Assembly (NCBI GenBank): GCA_040954595.2
Contig: CM082588.2
Coordinates: 7,341,947 to 7,405,946, forward strand
Length of the DNA stretch: 64,000 bases
Reading direction: 5' to 3'
From: Balanoglossus misakiensis
Lineage: Eukaryota > Animalia > Hemichordata
Position numbers and translations under genes: made by a program
Notes under the pieces: generated by a model
The model's database searches: none
The model's input: only the letters and a program-made list of their open reading frames with translations
Told to the model about the DNA's origin: nothing
In this document: piece by piece, positions 46,027 through 59,100 of the stretch
Layout of the letters: each line of letters starts with the position of its first letter
Position numbering within the stretch: the stretch's first letter is position 1

Positions 46027-48256
46027 TTTAACTTGTAATCAGCAGTAAAGAAAATTACTAATTAGAAAATATATCGAAATAACTTATTTAGAGATCCCCC
46101 AAAACAACGATTTCCTGGGAGCCTCAAGCATGTTAACCAACAACAGGCCTCCTGCAAAATGAATGTTATTTCAGTAATTTTGCCTAATATTCTTTGTCCA
46201 TAGTAATAATATGTTTGTCATGAATTTTGTACGTTCCAATCAACCGAAAACCCACCCTTCAAAAGTTGAAAGTTCACAATAATGTACACGTTCATTTGTG
46301 GCTTTGAGTATAGCTGGGGAAAGTGGCTTGGTCAGTCAAATTTGTGAGCATACGTCATTTTGAATCAACAATGGAGGGATGTGTCGTTATCGTGCGTTTT
46401 AAGAATTACTTGTAACGATCTTGTGGTTGCTTCCATCACATTTCAACCAACTACATACACTGCAGTGAAAAGTCTTATTTTAGAAATGTTTCCTGAAATG
46501 TTCATTCTGACTGTTAGCAACGTTTTGTAGTTGTCCTGGAAACCGACAATTCTAGCTTTCAATGTTTCCGAGCGTTATATATATTATTTGCAATTTGTTA
46601 TTTGGCTTTCCCTATAACACAGTAAATTTTGTGTGTGTGGATATATACATTGCGTGTCATATAACCACATGTGTGCTCTACAGGAGATGAATTTGAATTA
46701 GTTTTTTGTGTTTGCACTATTCATTACTTTTGGATTTATTTCACCAATGTATGGAGATAGTTTTCTCTTATATAAGTTCAGTTGTAGAATGTGTTCAACT
46801 GTTGTTGTTTTTTGAAGCATTTGTTTAAACATTGTACATACTTTACTTTGAAAAATTCGTTTTGTCACAGGAATTTTTCATTTTTAGAAAAACGTAAGAA
46901 CCAAGAGATGACAAAATGTATCACGACTCATTTGTAAGGAAAGCTGTGTCCACTCTTGTTGAGTTTGGGTACAGGAGAAAATAGCGCCCTCTGCAGATTC
47001 GCATACTCTTCTTGTAAGCCCTTACTGTTTATTGCCATGTTGTACATTTTTCTATCCACATGCTGTAGACCAACGAACGATCGGTGGTTTACAATTCAGT
47101 GAGTGTATTTCGATGTCTGGCGGTAAATTGGGATTTTCAAGTTTGAAAAGATAATGACACGCAAGTGTAAAATATTTGATCAGTCATACCCATTGTACCA
47201 TACTACTAGTATTTGAACATTTCAGGTAACTAAAGAACGTGATGTGTGACATATTGAGTTTTCCGTGTGACACATCATAGCTGCCTTCAGCAGTTCTCTT
47301 GTGGTGTAAACTATAGTGTCACAGTACTTATTTGTTGATTGCCTGTTTTGACGACAGTTTTATATGATTGGTTTTCAGAGTAAATATCTCGATTGTCATT
47401 GGTTCATTTTGAGGTTTGGTGCAGGGTGTGTTGTCTTATTTCTTTTGTCACGTTTATTGTATTGCAATTATTTGCACAGAAACTTTCATGTTATTCAAGA
47501 TGTCCAATTAGGACAACAAACAATATATTTGAACTTCTTCGATATAGTGATAAAACATTCAGTGTGATGTATGGTGAATTCGACTCTTCTTATAGCCATG
47601 TTATTTTAAAACAAAAAATTAATTCTCTATATCTTTTGTTATGTAATTTTCCTAATGTAGAATCTGTAGAAATGAATTTTTGGTATTTCACCAAGTTAAG
47701 CTGACCAGGGGTTGGTATATGTAGGTATATGAGACTCGACAATACAGTAAATGTAAACATCTATTTTCATTCCCAACATCTTGTGGCAGCGCGTATAAAC
47801 ACGAATGATTGTTAATTGATGCAGCCTAAGTGTTTCTGCTTAGTTTGTTTATGTAAATAAAATGACATCATTAAAGGGACAAAGTCTCTCTCTCGCTGCC
47901 CTTTTTTTCATTAATTTTATTTTTTTAAAAACACCTTTTATGTTAATCTAAATGTGGTGAATAAACGTTCAACCTAACACAACTTCCACCCTGTTTGTAG
48001 GATATGAGAGTAAAAATCTCACCAAAATGAATAAATGGTAGAGACCGATTATTCATTTTGGGGAGATTTTTCACTCTCGTGTCTTCAAGAGGACCACTTT
48101 AACTAGTCACACGTAATTTGATCTAAGACGTTTCAGAACTGTCTTAATGGTGTGTGTGTGATCACCATATATTCTTTTGTGTGTAAGAGATTAAAAAACA
48201 AAGCAAAACAATACAATGTTCAATTATGATAAAATTTTATCAGGCAAACATGTCTG

Positions 48257-51200
48257 CTACCTAAGCATTGTCCACATGGCAACTAAAATATTACTTACAA
48301 GAATTAAAGTACCACAAAATAAAATACAGTTTGCCAGGAACTGTCTGTCTCTCGACTTTGGAATTGTTTTTTGAAAAACGTGTTCGATAAATGCTGTTAA
48401 TATCCACTGTCCATCCAACGCAAAGCATGGCACAGAGTTCAACAGCGCCAGAGCTCCTGATAATGAAATTAAATATCTGATGAAAGAATTAAGGATTTTC
48501 AACAGGGATTTTTACATGAAGTTAAATTATCCCTACCTTAAATAGGGTTTTGCTACCTAGGTGAGTGATAAAAATCTCCTATGGTTGACACAATTTCAAG
48601 ATGGCCGATTTTTGCCATGTTTAATAAATAGGAGTTCATAAGTTAAAGTGATGATGGGTCATTCTGAAACTTTTTAGCAGAAAAAGAAAGAAAAAAGTTG
48701 ATTGACTTAAATATGTCAACTACACAGGCAGAAATGTTTGACCAAAGGAAGTCATGAAATACAGTTAACATGTCAATTTTTTCAAACTCTTACTACAGTG
48801 AGTTGCAATCAATCAAAATTATGTATTCAATGTGACAAAAACATAAACTTTGTACTAGACAACTCTTATGACCCCTATGTGACCTTTATATCCTGGCATT
48901 TGGTTGGTATGAGTTGATAGTTGACCATACCTTTGAATTTGTGGACTCTAAACTCAAATACAGACACTTCACCTCTGGTTAGTCATTAGCAATGGACAAG
49001 TAAAATCCTGTAACTGAGATGAATAGTCAGATCAGAACAGACACAGCAAATCAACTATCACTTTATTTAAAATTGCATTTTTGGGACTACCAGATGTCAG
49101 TATTCAGCAACAACCATGCTGAACACACAGAAAGGATACTTGCACAATGTCTCCAGAATGTCTGGTAGATCCAACGGCAAAGACGGGTACCTAGCGCTAT
49201 AGCTACTAACACTCACTGAAATGAGAAAGGAAATAATGTCAATGTCACTACCAGTACACTCTTTATGTTATTTTACATGTGGATATATAGTGAATCAACG
49301 TTCGACCACGCACAACTTCCATCCCGCCAGTAGGATATGAGAGTAAAAATCACGCCAAAATTAATAAATGGTAGAGACCGATTATTCATTTTGGCGAGTT
49401 TTTCACTCTCGTGTCTACAAGTGGGCTGGAAGTTGTGTGTGGTCGAACCTTGATTCTCTATATATTCACATGTAGAATAACATAAACAGTGTCTTGTATC
49501 AAACATAATTAATGGAAAAAAGGGCAGCGAGAGAGAGACTGTCCCTTTAACAGTTGCATGTACTTGAAACTGACTAATAATAGACAGTCCTTGAAATAAC
49601 TGACTCTATACTAACCTGTGAAAAGCAAAATACGGGGATCTCCCACATAAAGTACTGCTGGGCCACTATCATGAATAATTCTCAATAAATGAGTGTTATT
49701 GGGCAGCGATGGATGGAGGCAAGCCATGTCCCTATACACAGTGCAGTCTCTGTATGTATTACATGTGAGTCGATCTGTCACTGGCCTGGCTGGTAGACAT
49801 GCATGTTTCTGTGGAAATTGAAAAAATAGGAAATCGATAATATTAGCTCAAAACAGGACTGTATGAAGTTGACATAAGGTACATGCATACCAACTTTCAA
49901 ATCAATATGACCAGTGGTTGTCGAGTTTTTGAATTTTGACCAATTTCACATTTTCCCACCTAATGTGCATATTTTTGGCAATGACAACTTCATTTGAACA
50001 AACTCCCATCTACAGCCCGGCCTGCATCTACACAGCAAATATCGAGGTTATACGCACAGCGTACGTACGTACGTACATACATACATACATACATACATAC
50101 ATACATACATACATACATACATACGCAACCGATCCCATAAGGTCCCATGGTACATACCAATGGGACCTAAAAACGACATAGTAAAACATCATATATTATT
50201 GCATGAATACATGGGTTTATGGACCCGAACACAGGGGGCCATTGCCATTTGCCAAACACAGAAGGGCAAATGGTGGCCTGCCACAAAGGTCCATAAACCA
50301 TACATACAGTGTAGGGGGAAATAAAATTTGTATTACAAGGTTGGTTTCATCGGACCACGTAGCCTTTGCAACCAGTAAATATTACGTTCACCGGCCTGCT
50401 ACATTCCTGGATGTTGCCTATTCGAATCAATGCACTGATTTGGCTCTCACATCTAGGTATATAGTCATGATTTCAAATTTGTTATCCAACTTTAAAGCTG
50501 GTAGCTCGTCTCACGCGCATGCACGTAACTTCCCAGAAAATTTTCCGTTCGATGCATTCAAATAGTGGACTGCCTTTGCTTCCTTCCATATTTCATGCAT
50601 TGTATAAGTAGATTCTGGTTTTGTCTCTCCTTTTCACCCAAGCTGGTGTCTTTTCACGATCTCCGACAGAGATTATGGTCGCCGCCATCTTGTGTGAGCA
50701 CTGCCTTATGGGATTGACTGTTCACTGAACGTCTGTAACCAGCGGCTACAGTTGGAACATGCGTGTGAGACGAGCTACGCGCTTTAATAGTTTCCTTGGC
50801 TGTTCTCAATGACCCCAGCTTCCACAGCCAAAGATGCCAGTTCTATCAGCAACACATCTGAACCATCTTAATTTCAGACTGCCATCTATACATGTAATCA
50901 TTGGTTTCTCTGTGGTGCATTACAGTCACGGTTACACAAGAACAACTTCCACTGACCTGGTTGCTGAGATCCTTACTGGAGTAAGTAAAACACAACTCTG
51001 TCAGTGACGTGTTGGAACAACACTGTATTGATCCATCAGCTGCTTTGAAAACTGTACAAGACAAAAAATATGATAGCATTGAAATACATTATGTACTGAG
51101 ACTTGCTCTGTTATCACCTACAACCATTGCCGTTTACATGATGAAAATGTTTGATCCTAGCAATGTGTCCTCTAACAAACATAATTTTTAGAAGCTTCGA

Positions 51201-54200
51201 GTCAATTTGAGGATTTCTAAAAAAATCTCTGAGTCAGCCCAATACCTTTGCATCTAGTGTGGACAATTTTTTTGAGTCACCAGTGAGTTTGTTGAGTCAG
51301 TGGCGCGTCATATAGGCTTAGAGGGCACACTTGATGCTAGTTAGTTTTCCTCTTATCATGTGATTGCTTGGTTAAAACCTTACCTTTTTTGGCGGAGTTA
51401 AGTTGTTGAATCTCATCAAGTGACATACAGTACCCCTTAGCTGGCTGGTGTATAGCATCTTGGATGCACATGCTCCAGTCTTCCAGTTTGTCGACCCCAC
51501 ATCCGTTCACACTCAGTAGTTTGTATCCACGTCCAAGCCCTCTCTCACCATGAACCGGTGAATTCTTCAGACAAGTAAAATAAAGATCGCAAGAATATCG
51601 AATTAGTGAAGCACTTGTCAACAAAGAGCACTATAAATGTCTGAACTTATTATAACCAGTGTTCCAGGAAATAGTTCAAAGCTGCCTTAATTTATTGCTC
51701 GCGAAAATAAAGTGTTTTACAGTGGTTCAAAGCTGTGCGTAATTCTGTAAGTAGAAACATTGCAGTCCAATCCAAATGTTCTGCAAATTTTGCATTTGAC
51801 ACATTCAAATAGTGGACTGCCTAGCTTGTAGTAAAAACTATTTGGCTACCTTCAGGTTTTTACTTTGTGCTAGGGGGTCAAATTACATTATAATAATTGC
51901 ATTCTGGGTAAAAGGTCTACAGAAGAAATGATATGTCAACTGTATTTCATGACTTCCTGCCCTTGTAGTTAGCATATTAAACTATTTAAACTTTTTTTTT
52001 TCAAATGTTATTTCAAATGTTATTTTTTTTGTTACAACATTTCAGAATGACCTGGTATCACTTTAGCTTTTGAACTCTTTTAATCATGGCAAAAATCGGC
52101 CATCTTGAAATTGTGTCGACCATGAGATATTTATTGCTCACTTAGGTAGCAAAACCCTATTTAAGTTAGGGAGAATTGTCTGGACTTTACCTGTAAAACA
52201 TCTGTAACTATTGCACCATTGCCGGTAGTATACAACGGGAAGAGCATGATGGGTAAGCAAGACAACAACCCAATAGAAATAATAACAATGATAAAATTAT
52301 GCCAGACACCAGCGCAGTAGATCCTCAGTTGTCTCAAAGGAGAAACTGCATGTAAATGTTCTGTGTGCAAGTCAACGTATGCTCCAGGATAAATCAAAAA
52401 CATAAATACGCCAAAACCGTTGACACGAACTTGTTCTCTGAAACAAAAAGAGACAGAAATATTTTGACTGATAAAGGTCGAGTGTTTCATTTTCCCCGAT
52501 AAATGTTAGAGTTTACAACATCTGACTTGCATCACTTACACTCTATAGTTATGCTATTTAACAACCACTGGATTGGTTTTATCAAGTGATGGCATCACAA
52601 AATCACAGTTTCTTCATTTTAAATTAGTCACAATACATTCTTGAAAGTAAAAAAAGTCCTGATATCAGTAACTCAAAATGCCAAAAATATAAGATTAAAA
52701 AACAATAACAGATGCTATTAAATCATGCTGGCACAATGACTAAAATTATGATCAATTCGGTTGCAATACAGACAGCAATCTTTGCAGTGAAAAGGGAATA
52801 CTAGCAACAATGCATGGGTACTATAATTTGTGTGTAAAATAAGCTTTTCTTGGATTTTTTTATTGTGTATATTATATCTACTACAATGATGGCCAATGTT
52901 GAGTTGTTGGGGCATCCTTACCTGACTGCAGCCACAGCATGACCAAATTCATGAAGAATTCCGCAAATTGCCAAGGTTGTGAAATAGTAAAAAATCTGAC
53001 TCAGAGGTAAATTAATCCCTGGCATCTGGAGGATAAAAAAAGTGACATGTCTACATTATGTACTGAGACTTGCTCTGTTATTATTTCAACCATTGCAGGG
53101 TTGGCAATCATATTCTTTGTATACATGTACAGATATGTATGTGTTCAGCAGAAATAAATGAATAAACAAACAAACAAACAAATTGAATTCTTGAAGAATA
53201 TTCCAGTGAATTCACTGTGGTATAGCTCCATTAGCTGTAACTTTCAGCTATGTTTTCAGTATTTTTGTTTTTTGGTATCTACTACAGTTTCTTGTTCATA
53301 TTCTTGAAACAAAATGCCAATCATTTAGCTTACTGCCACAACATATGTGTATAGTCAGTATTGTTATTGTGCAAAATTTGAAAAAAAAACTCGCCAAATT
53401 GAATAATCGGTCTCTACCGTTTATTCATTTTGGCAAGATTATTACTCTCATATCCAGCAATTTGCCACACAGGATGGAAGTTGTGTTTAGTGATTCACAA
53501 TATATACACATGTAGAATAACATAACAGTGTCTTGTATCAAACATAATTAATGGAAAAGGGGCAGCGAGAGAGAGACTTTGTCCTGGGAGGTGTGTGTGG
53601 TCGAACGTTGATTCACTATATATCCACATGTAGAATAACATAAACAGTGTCTTGTATCAAACATAACTAATGGAAAAGGGGCAGTGAGAGAGAGACTTTG
53701 TCCCTTTAATATAACAATTATCCACATTGTTATGTAAATAAGCCACTACTCTGCCAGAAATTCCTGGGAAGAACACTCAGCCCATACTCACCACCGGAGT
53801 TAAAACCTGCTCAGCAGGCGACTCCTGAATGAACGTCCTGCACAGCATTACCACCAGCAAGGTCAACGACATCACCATGGCGACAAGGCCAAACCATATC
53901 CCGAGAGAAAACCATCCCCCAAGCAGGGATTGGTGGCTTTGACCAATCTTCAGGAAGAGACGATTCAGGGACGTTGAGTACCATCTTATTTGTCCCACTG
54001 AAACCGAGATGCCGTATCTCTCTTCAAATTCCTGGTATTGACGTGCACATTTTCTGTAAGACTAACACACAGAGTAATGTACATGTATAGAGTTGAGCAT
54101 GCCATAAGTACAGGTACAAAATCACAGTATCACACACCCACAAAAGATGAAGTTTACGATGACATCATCAATGGAGCGAAAATATTGGAGCTCCCTACGG

Positions 54201-54233
54201 TACTGCAGGTACTCATCATCATCATCATCATCG

Positions 54234-54264
<31 letters not shown>

Positions 54265-54645
54265 TTTCATCATCACCACCCCCACCCCCACCGATGTTAA
54301 TATTAGGTAGCAAGAGTACTCCAGTCGTAGTCATCAACTTGAAGTTGGGATGTGGCACAGCCATAGACGTAGACGAACACTTGAGAAACTGAGTTCAGGA
54401 TTGACAATCATGACAGCGTGGTTGCACGTCTCCCTCGATCCCGTACGAACCTGGTGGTGCTCGGAACATCCATGAAGCCGAACCATCTTTGGCACATCCA
54501 TGGATCATGATCTGACACCAGTATAGTAATACCACTAGGAAATACACTCATTGTAGTACTGTACACTCACCCTAAGAAAGACGTTCAAAAGGTACAGCGA
54601 AGACCAGAATCCGAGCACCAAGGCGATCCATGTCGTTCTCAACAT
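48257..54645 (-). CDS. MBTPS2: Membrane-bound transcription factor site-2 protease (M50 metalloprotease), complete, ~486 aa
   Basis: Exons 54645-54571, 54061-53792, 53025-52922 (HEFGH zinc motif), 52437-52191 (YPGAYVDL..LRIYCAGVWHN), 51564-51384, 51051-50957, 49808-49616, 49215-49140, 48476-48257 (NSVPCFALDG); phases consistent, 1461 nt. Confidence 0.95.
49870..50175 (-). mobile_element. HINE/DINE-1-like Helentron 5' fragment with (TACA)n microsatellite
   Basis: Palindrome aggtcccat..atgggacct adjacent to (TACA)n at ~50060-50123, followed on the minus strand by a gaaagttggtatgcatgt core. Confidence 0.5.
51161..51332. mobile_element. hAT-like MITE (same family as 2570-2739)
   Basis: caatgtgtcctctaa...ttagagggcacactt with gatcctag/gatgctag flanks. 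Confidence 0.6.
54213..54276. repeat. (ATC)n trinucleotide repeat in MBTPS2 intron 1
   Basis: About 20 imperfect CAT units; source of the poly-D, poly-S and poly-I ORFs. Confidence 0.9.
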
Positions 54646-55340
54646 TGCCTGAATAGCCTAAACCCAAGACTGCATATCAAATTCAACAGAAATTGCACTA
54701 TATTTACAATTCCTGGACTTCCTCACACGACAAACGCTAGGTACTCATCTTCATCATGTTTGATTCTAACAATAACACACATTTCATTCATTCACCGTAG
54801 AGCACCACTAATAAACATTGTATAAATGCGTGTAAACAAAAACTAGTACTATACTTAATACGATAACACTACTTTTATATTCCTATATATATAAAGAGCA
54901 AAATATTTTCCTTTATTTTTTACAGTATAAACGATGGTCAACGGGTTTTATGATCTCTGGTTTATTTGCGAAATTGTAACAGAAATACGAAGATGTGTAG
55001 TCATCCGCGAGGTCACCATCAGTTTGTTTATTGCACGACCGAGTCATTCCTCCACTTATGTAAATAGAGGCCCTTCGCTGCTTTTTCGAAGTGAAACTTT
55101 CACTTCCGCTATTAGCCTCTCAGTCGATTCGATTAACGTTGATTGTTTTAATGCACATTTAAGTATACTTTGTGCACTCTCAAATTATATACAGAAAGCC
55201 CAACATTGTATTTTGCTTTACGGAAGTCTAGTCACAGCGCCAACTATCGGTAGAGCTGCAATATGCGTTTTTTTCCCTTTGTTTTTCTTTCAGCCCATAC
55301 AGTCCCTTGGGGGTTGTTACACTCGGTAGCTCATTAATTC

Positions 55341-55812
55341 TGAACAATTATCATCGCATAGACTACAAATAAGACTTTGTAAGCTAGAACCTCGAGAATG
55401 TTTGACTTTGTTGGCTGTAAAACGCAAGAACCACGATTTTCGGTAAGAACCTCGGCCATGTGTATAATTTCCTATTTAAGAACCTTGATGATATTGGATC
55501 GATAATTTACGATGATTGTTGATTAATTATGAACAATTATCATCGCATAGACTACAAATAAGACTTTGTAAGCTAGAACCTCGAGAATTTTTGACTTTGT
55601 AGGCTGTAAAACGTAAGAACCACAATTTTCGGTAAGAACCTCGGCCATTTGTATAATTTCCTATTTAAGATCCTTGATGATATTGGATCGATAAATTACG
55701 ATGATTGTTGATTAATTATGAACAACTATCATCGCATAGACTATAAATAAGACTTTGTAAGCTAGAACCTCGAGAATTTTTGACTTTGTTGGCTGTAAAA
55801 CGTAAGAACCTT
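55341..55812. repeat. Tandem repeat, 189-bp unit, ~2.5 copies
   Basis: tgaacaa(t/c)tatcatcgcatagacta recurs at 55341, 55530 and 55719. Confidence 0.9.
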
Positions 55813-56178
55813 GATTTAGAAAATGTAAAATTTGATATCAATATTTGGCCACACTGTAGAATTTCGACCTCCTCTTTACGTAAAAATCTGGAGTTTGTAA
55901 TTTGTGGTTTGAACTATCCAGGGTACACCACGGTTCACCTGTACCCAAATCTGGGCCAATTGCCCCTACCCCGGGGGCCGTGTGCCTCTGTGCCTGCCTT
56001 TGAAGAACCTTCCGTAGAAGGGTCCTCCATTGTAATCTGAAACCATTTCCTTTCATTTGGTTTTGTAGGCTTGTAACGGACACAGGAAGTGATGTTCATA
56101 AAAGATAAAGTTTATCGCATTACATATGAAATACTCGGTGATCACAGCAACTTAGTTGTTCACTTTAAACGGTGGAGA

Positions 56179-59100
56179 ATGGCGGTTAGATTCAGGATCC
56201 CCGCGGTTATTCTTGTCGGTAAGTTCTGCTTCTAATAATTGCAAATATATTTATGAGATTGTTACATCTAACGCACATAAGTCATACATATGAATGATGA
56301 GATTCAGTTGGCCATTTTGCACCCCCCCCCCCAAATATCGATGTTCTCTCTTAGACGGACTGAAACTGACCTCGCTGGAAACAAGTGTCTTTAAATTCTC
56401 GTGACCGACTTTCAGCTATACTGCACTAAGTTTTTTCTGCTACATCAACTGCGGCGACTTGTTCGACTCCCAAACATGATGAAATACACTGTTTTTGGTT
56501 AATTAACACAACCAATTTGTAAAATTCGCCCCTTTGTCAATGGCCACAGATATACGTTTAATGGGATTAACCAAGCGACCGTGACCTTGGGGTGGGGAAA
56601 AGGGTTATGTTGTAACAGAAACAGGAGGTTTCATGCCCCTTGAGCCAATGCCAAATTTATTTGTGTGCAAAGATATCAACTATATTGTTTCAAAATATCA
56701 TTTCAGCAGTTTCATTGTAAGAGTATACCCATACTTGAGGCTTCCTGTTTAGCTGCTCGTCAACTTGGTAATTAATTTCAAACCCCCTGCAGCGTATAGA
56801 GATCGTTTTCAAAACCGACACATCCGAAAACGGCCCTGTGTTCCCATTCAAAAGTAGCAAAGAACAAAACAAATGTCAGGGAAAACAATCATTGAAAAGA
56901 GAAAATAAAAAATGACGTACACTTATATGTGTGACCGCTGGGGCGGACACGATATTTGCAAACAGTTGTGATACTCCAGCCTGAACTTCTGTGCTAGAAT
57001 CAACTGATCATATGACGAAATTTTGGCACCATGTTTTTTATCCTCAGTGCTTTGTTTGATGAGTGACGTCATTGGCGAGCCGGGAGATTGTCCAGATGGG
57101 TGGATTGCGTCAGGAGAGAATTGTTTCAAGGTACGTATCACTGATAAAACTCCAGTTTATCAGTTTACAGCGACGGTCAGGGATTACCAAAGTTGCCCTG
57201 GTCTGCTATCGTCCTTAAAGCCCCAGTCGGCCAACTTTGGGTTATTTTCTTGGTTTTATTGTTTTGTGTATCAACATTAATAATTGCTAAGTATTTGTGT
57301 TTACTGGGTCATTTCGTGGTAATTAGCGTTGTTATTGTCGAAAAATGAATTCAAGTCCGGACATGAATAAACTAATGTCAACAATAACTGGCTGTTTAAT
57401 ACTCATGTACAGGCTTTGTTGGGAAGCTTAAGACTGGACACTTCATAGGGCTATCCAGAGTAGAACAAGAAATTGAAGTTGATGCACCGGGAAAAAAATT
57501 CTGAAAGAAAAGCCAAAAACAGCATTCTTGGGGCTTTAAGTTCTAATCAACAACTGCTGTTGCACGTTATCTTCAGGCAGACTCCTAAAAATCATGTACG
57601 CATGCGTTAAGAAGGTAACCGAAATGAAATCTTAAGAAGGCTGCAAGTAGCTGACGATGGGTGAACACGTTTTGTAAAACAATTACTGAGTCAGGCTCCC
57701 TAGGCCTTTCGTTTTTGTCTATGCATAAATTAAAGGTATTTAAACACCGAGCATTATCGAATGTAGGGCATATACCCAACATGCACATGCTAAGATTATT
57801 ATGATTTATGCATGCTACAGGCATTCCGAGCGGGAGAGGACCGTCAGGAACCTCTAAGCTGGCATGCCTCTCAAACATTCTGTCGTGAAATGGGTGCCGA
57901 TCTTGCCAGTTTTAGCAGTGCAGAAGAAGAAAACACGATGTTCAGGGACACGTCGTTGCGCCCGTAAGTCACACTCTTTCCAAAAGAAAACACACGAAAC
58001 ATGTTAGTGTGCACACTCGACTGGGTTAGCAGGCGGCCATCTTGGAACCGTTTATCATATATGTCTGCACCAATAAGATGCCAATAATGAGATCATGCTT
58101 ATCCAGTTGAGGCAAACATTTTTTTTTTTTTTTTTTGGGGGGGGGGGTACCGTTTTGTGTCCTGTTCTACTTTCGCAGTGCGTTTCTTACGAGTTGCACG
58201 TTGATTACAAATTAAGTCTAGGGAGAGCGGTTTTGGGTCAAACAACGACTATGACATTGACTGGTTTCTATTTATATACCGGTAGGATGCACCATCTATA
58301 CTGTCTATGGATGCACCGAGTCCCTGGCACAAACAAAACCCTTCTGATACCAATAGAATGTATATGTTATTTTTACCTTCTCTCTAAAGGTACGAGTCGG
58401 CGTGGATTGGACTAAACTACATCACAGAGAATGGCAGTAAGATATCTTGTTAGATGTTACAATTAGAATATGGCATTATGACAGTTAGCCTACACATTTC
58501 CCCGGATGTTCTTGTACAAATCAGTGTCACAGTCCAAACATGTGACAGCTGATTCCGGTAAAAGTCGCCATCTTATCATTTGTCACGTGGCCCAAAAATG
58601 TCCCCTGCCATAACAATTGCCTAGTCTCGCCAAATCTCGCAGGGTCACGTGGACTTCAAAATAGGGTCTATTGTAGCAATACGTCAATTCTACAGCCCAG
58701 ATGGAATATTGGTTCCGTTCTCACCGTGGTTGCACAATGAATGAGACTTTGCGGGTCTTTAGACGTTTCATTTTACCCACCAGGGTTCGTTTGGAGCGAT
58801 GGTGGCGCCCTGAACTACTCGAGGTGGGGTGGTGTTCAACCCACATACCAAGGCTTCAATTCCGACTGCGTTGTCTCCACGCTCATGGTGTCCTATACGT
58901 TCGCCGGTGACCCCGGAACCACTTGGAGATTGCGGCCATGTCAAAGAAATATGCGATCGTGGATGTGCAAAATAACAAAGGGTAACTGAATGAAAATTAA
59001 TCCTTGTGGTGTCTATTGTGTGTCTTTTAATTGGTCGCATTGTGACTGCAGCTTTTGTTATGAGGCTATTCTGTGTGCAGAAATATACTAGTATCCTCGT

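Noticed and set aside
54147-54392. Poly-Ser ORF reminiscent of the serine tract of mammalian MBTPS2
   Set aside because: On the strand opposite to MBTPS2; a product of the (ATC)n repeat
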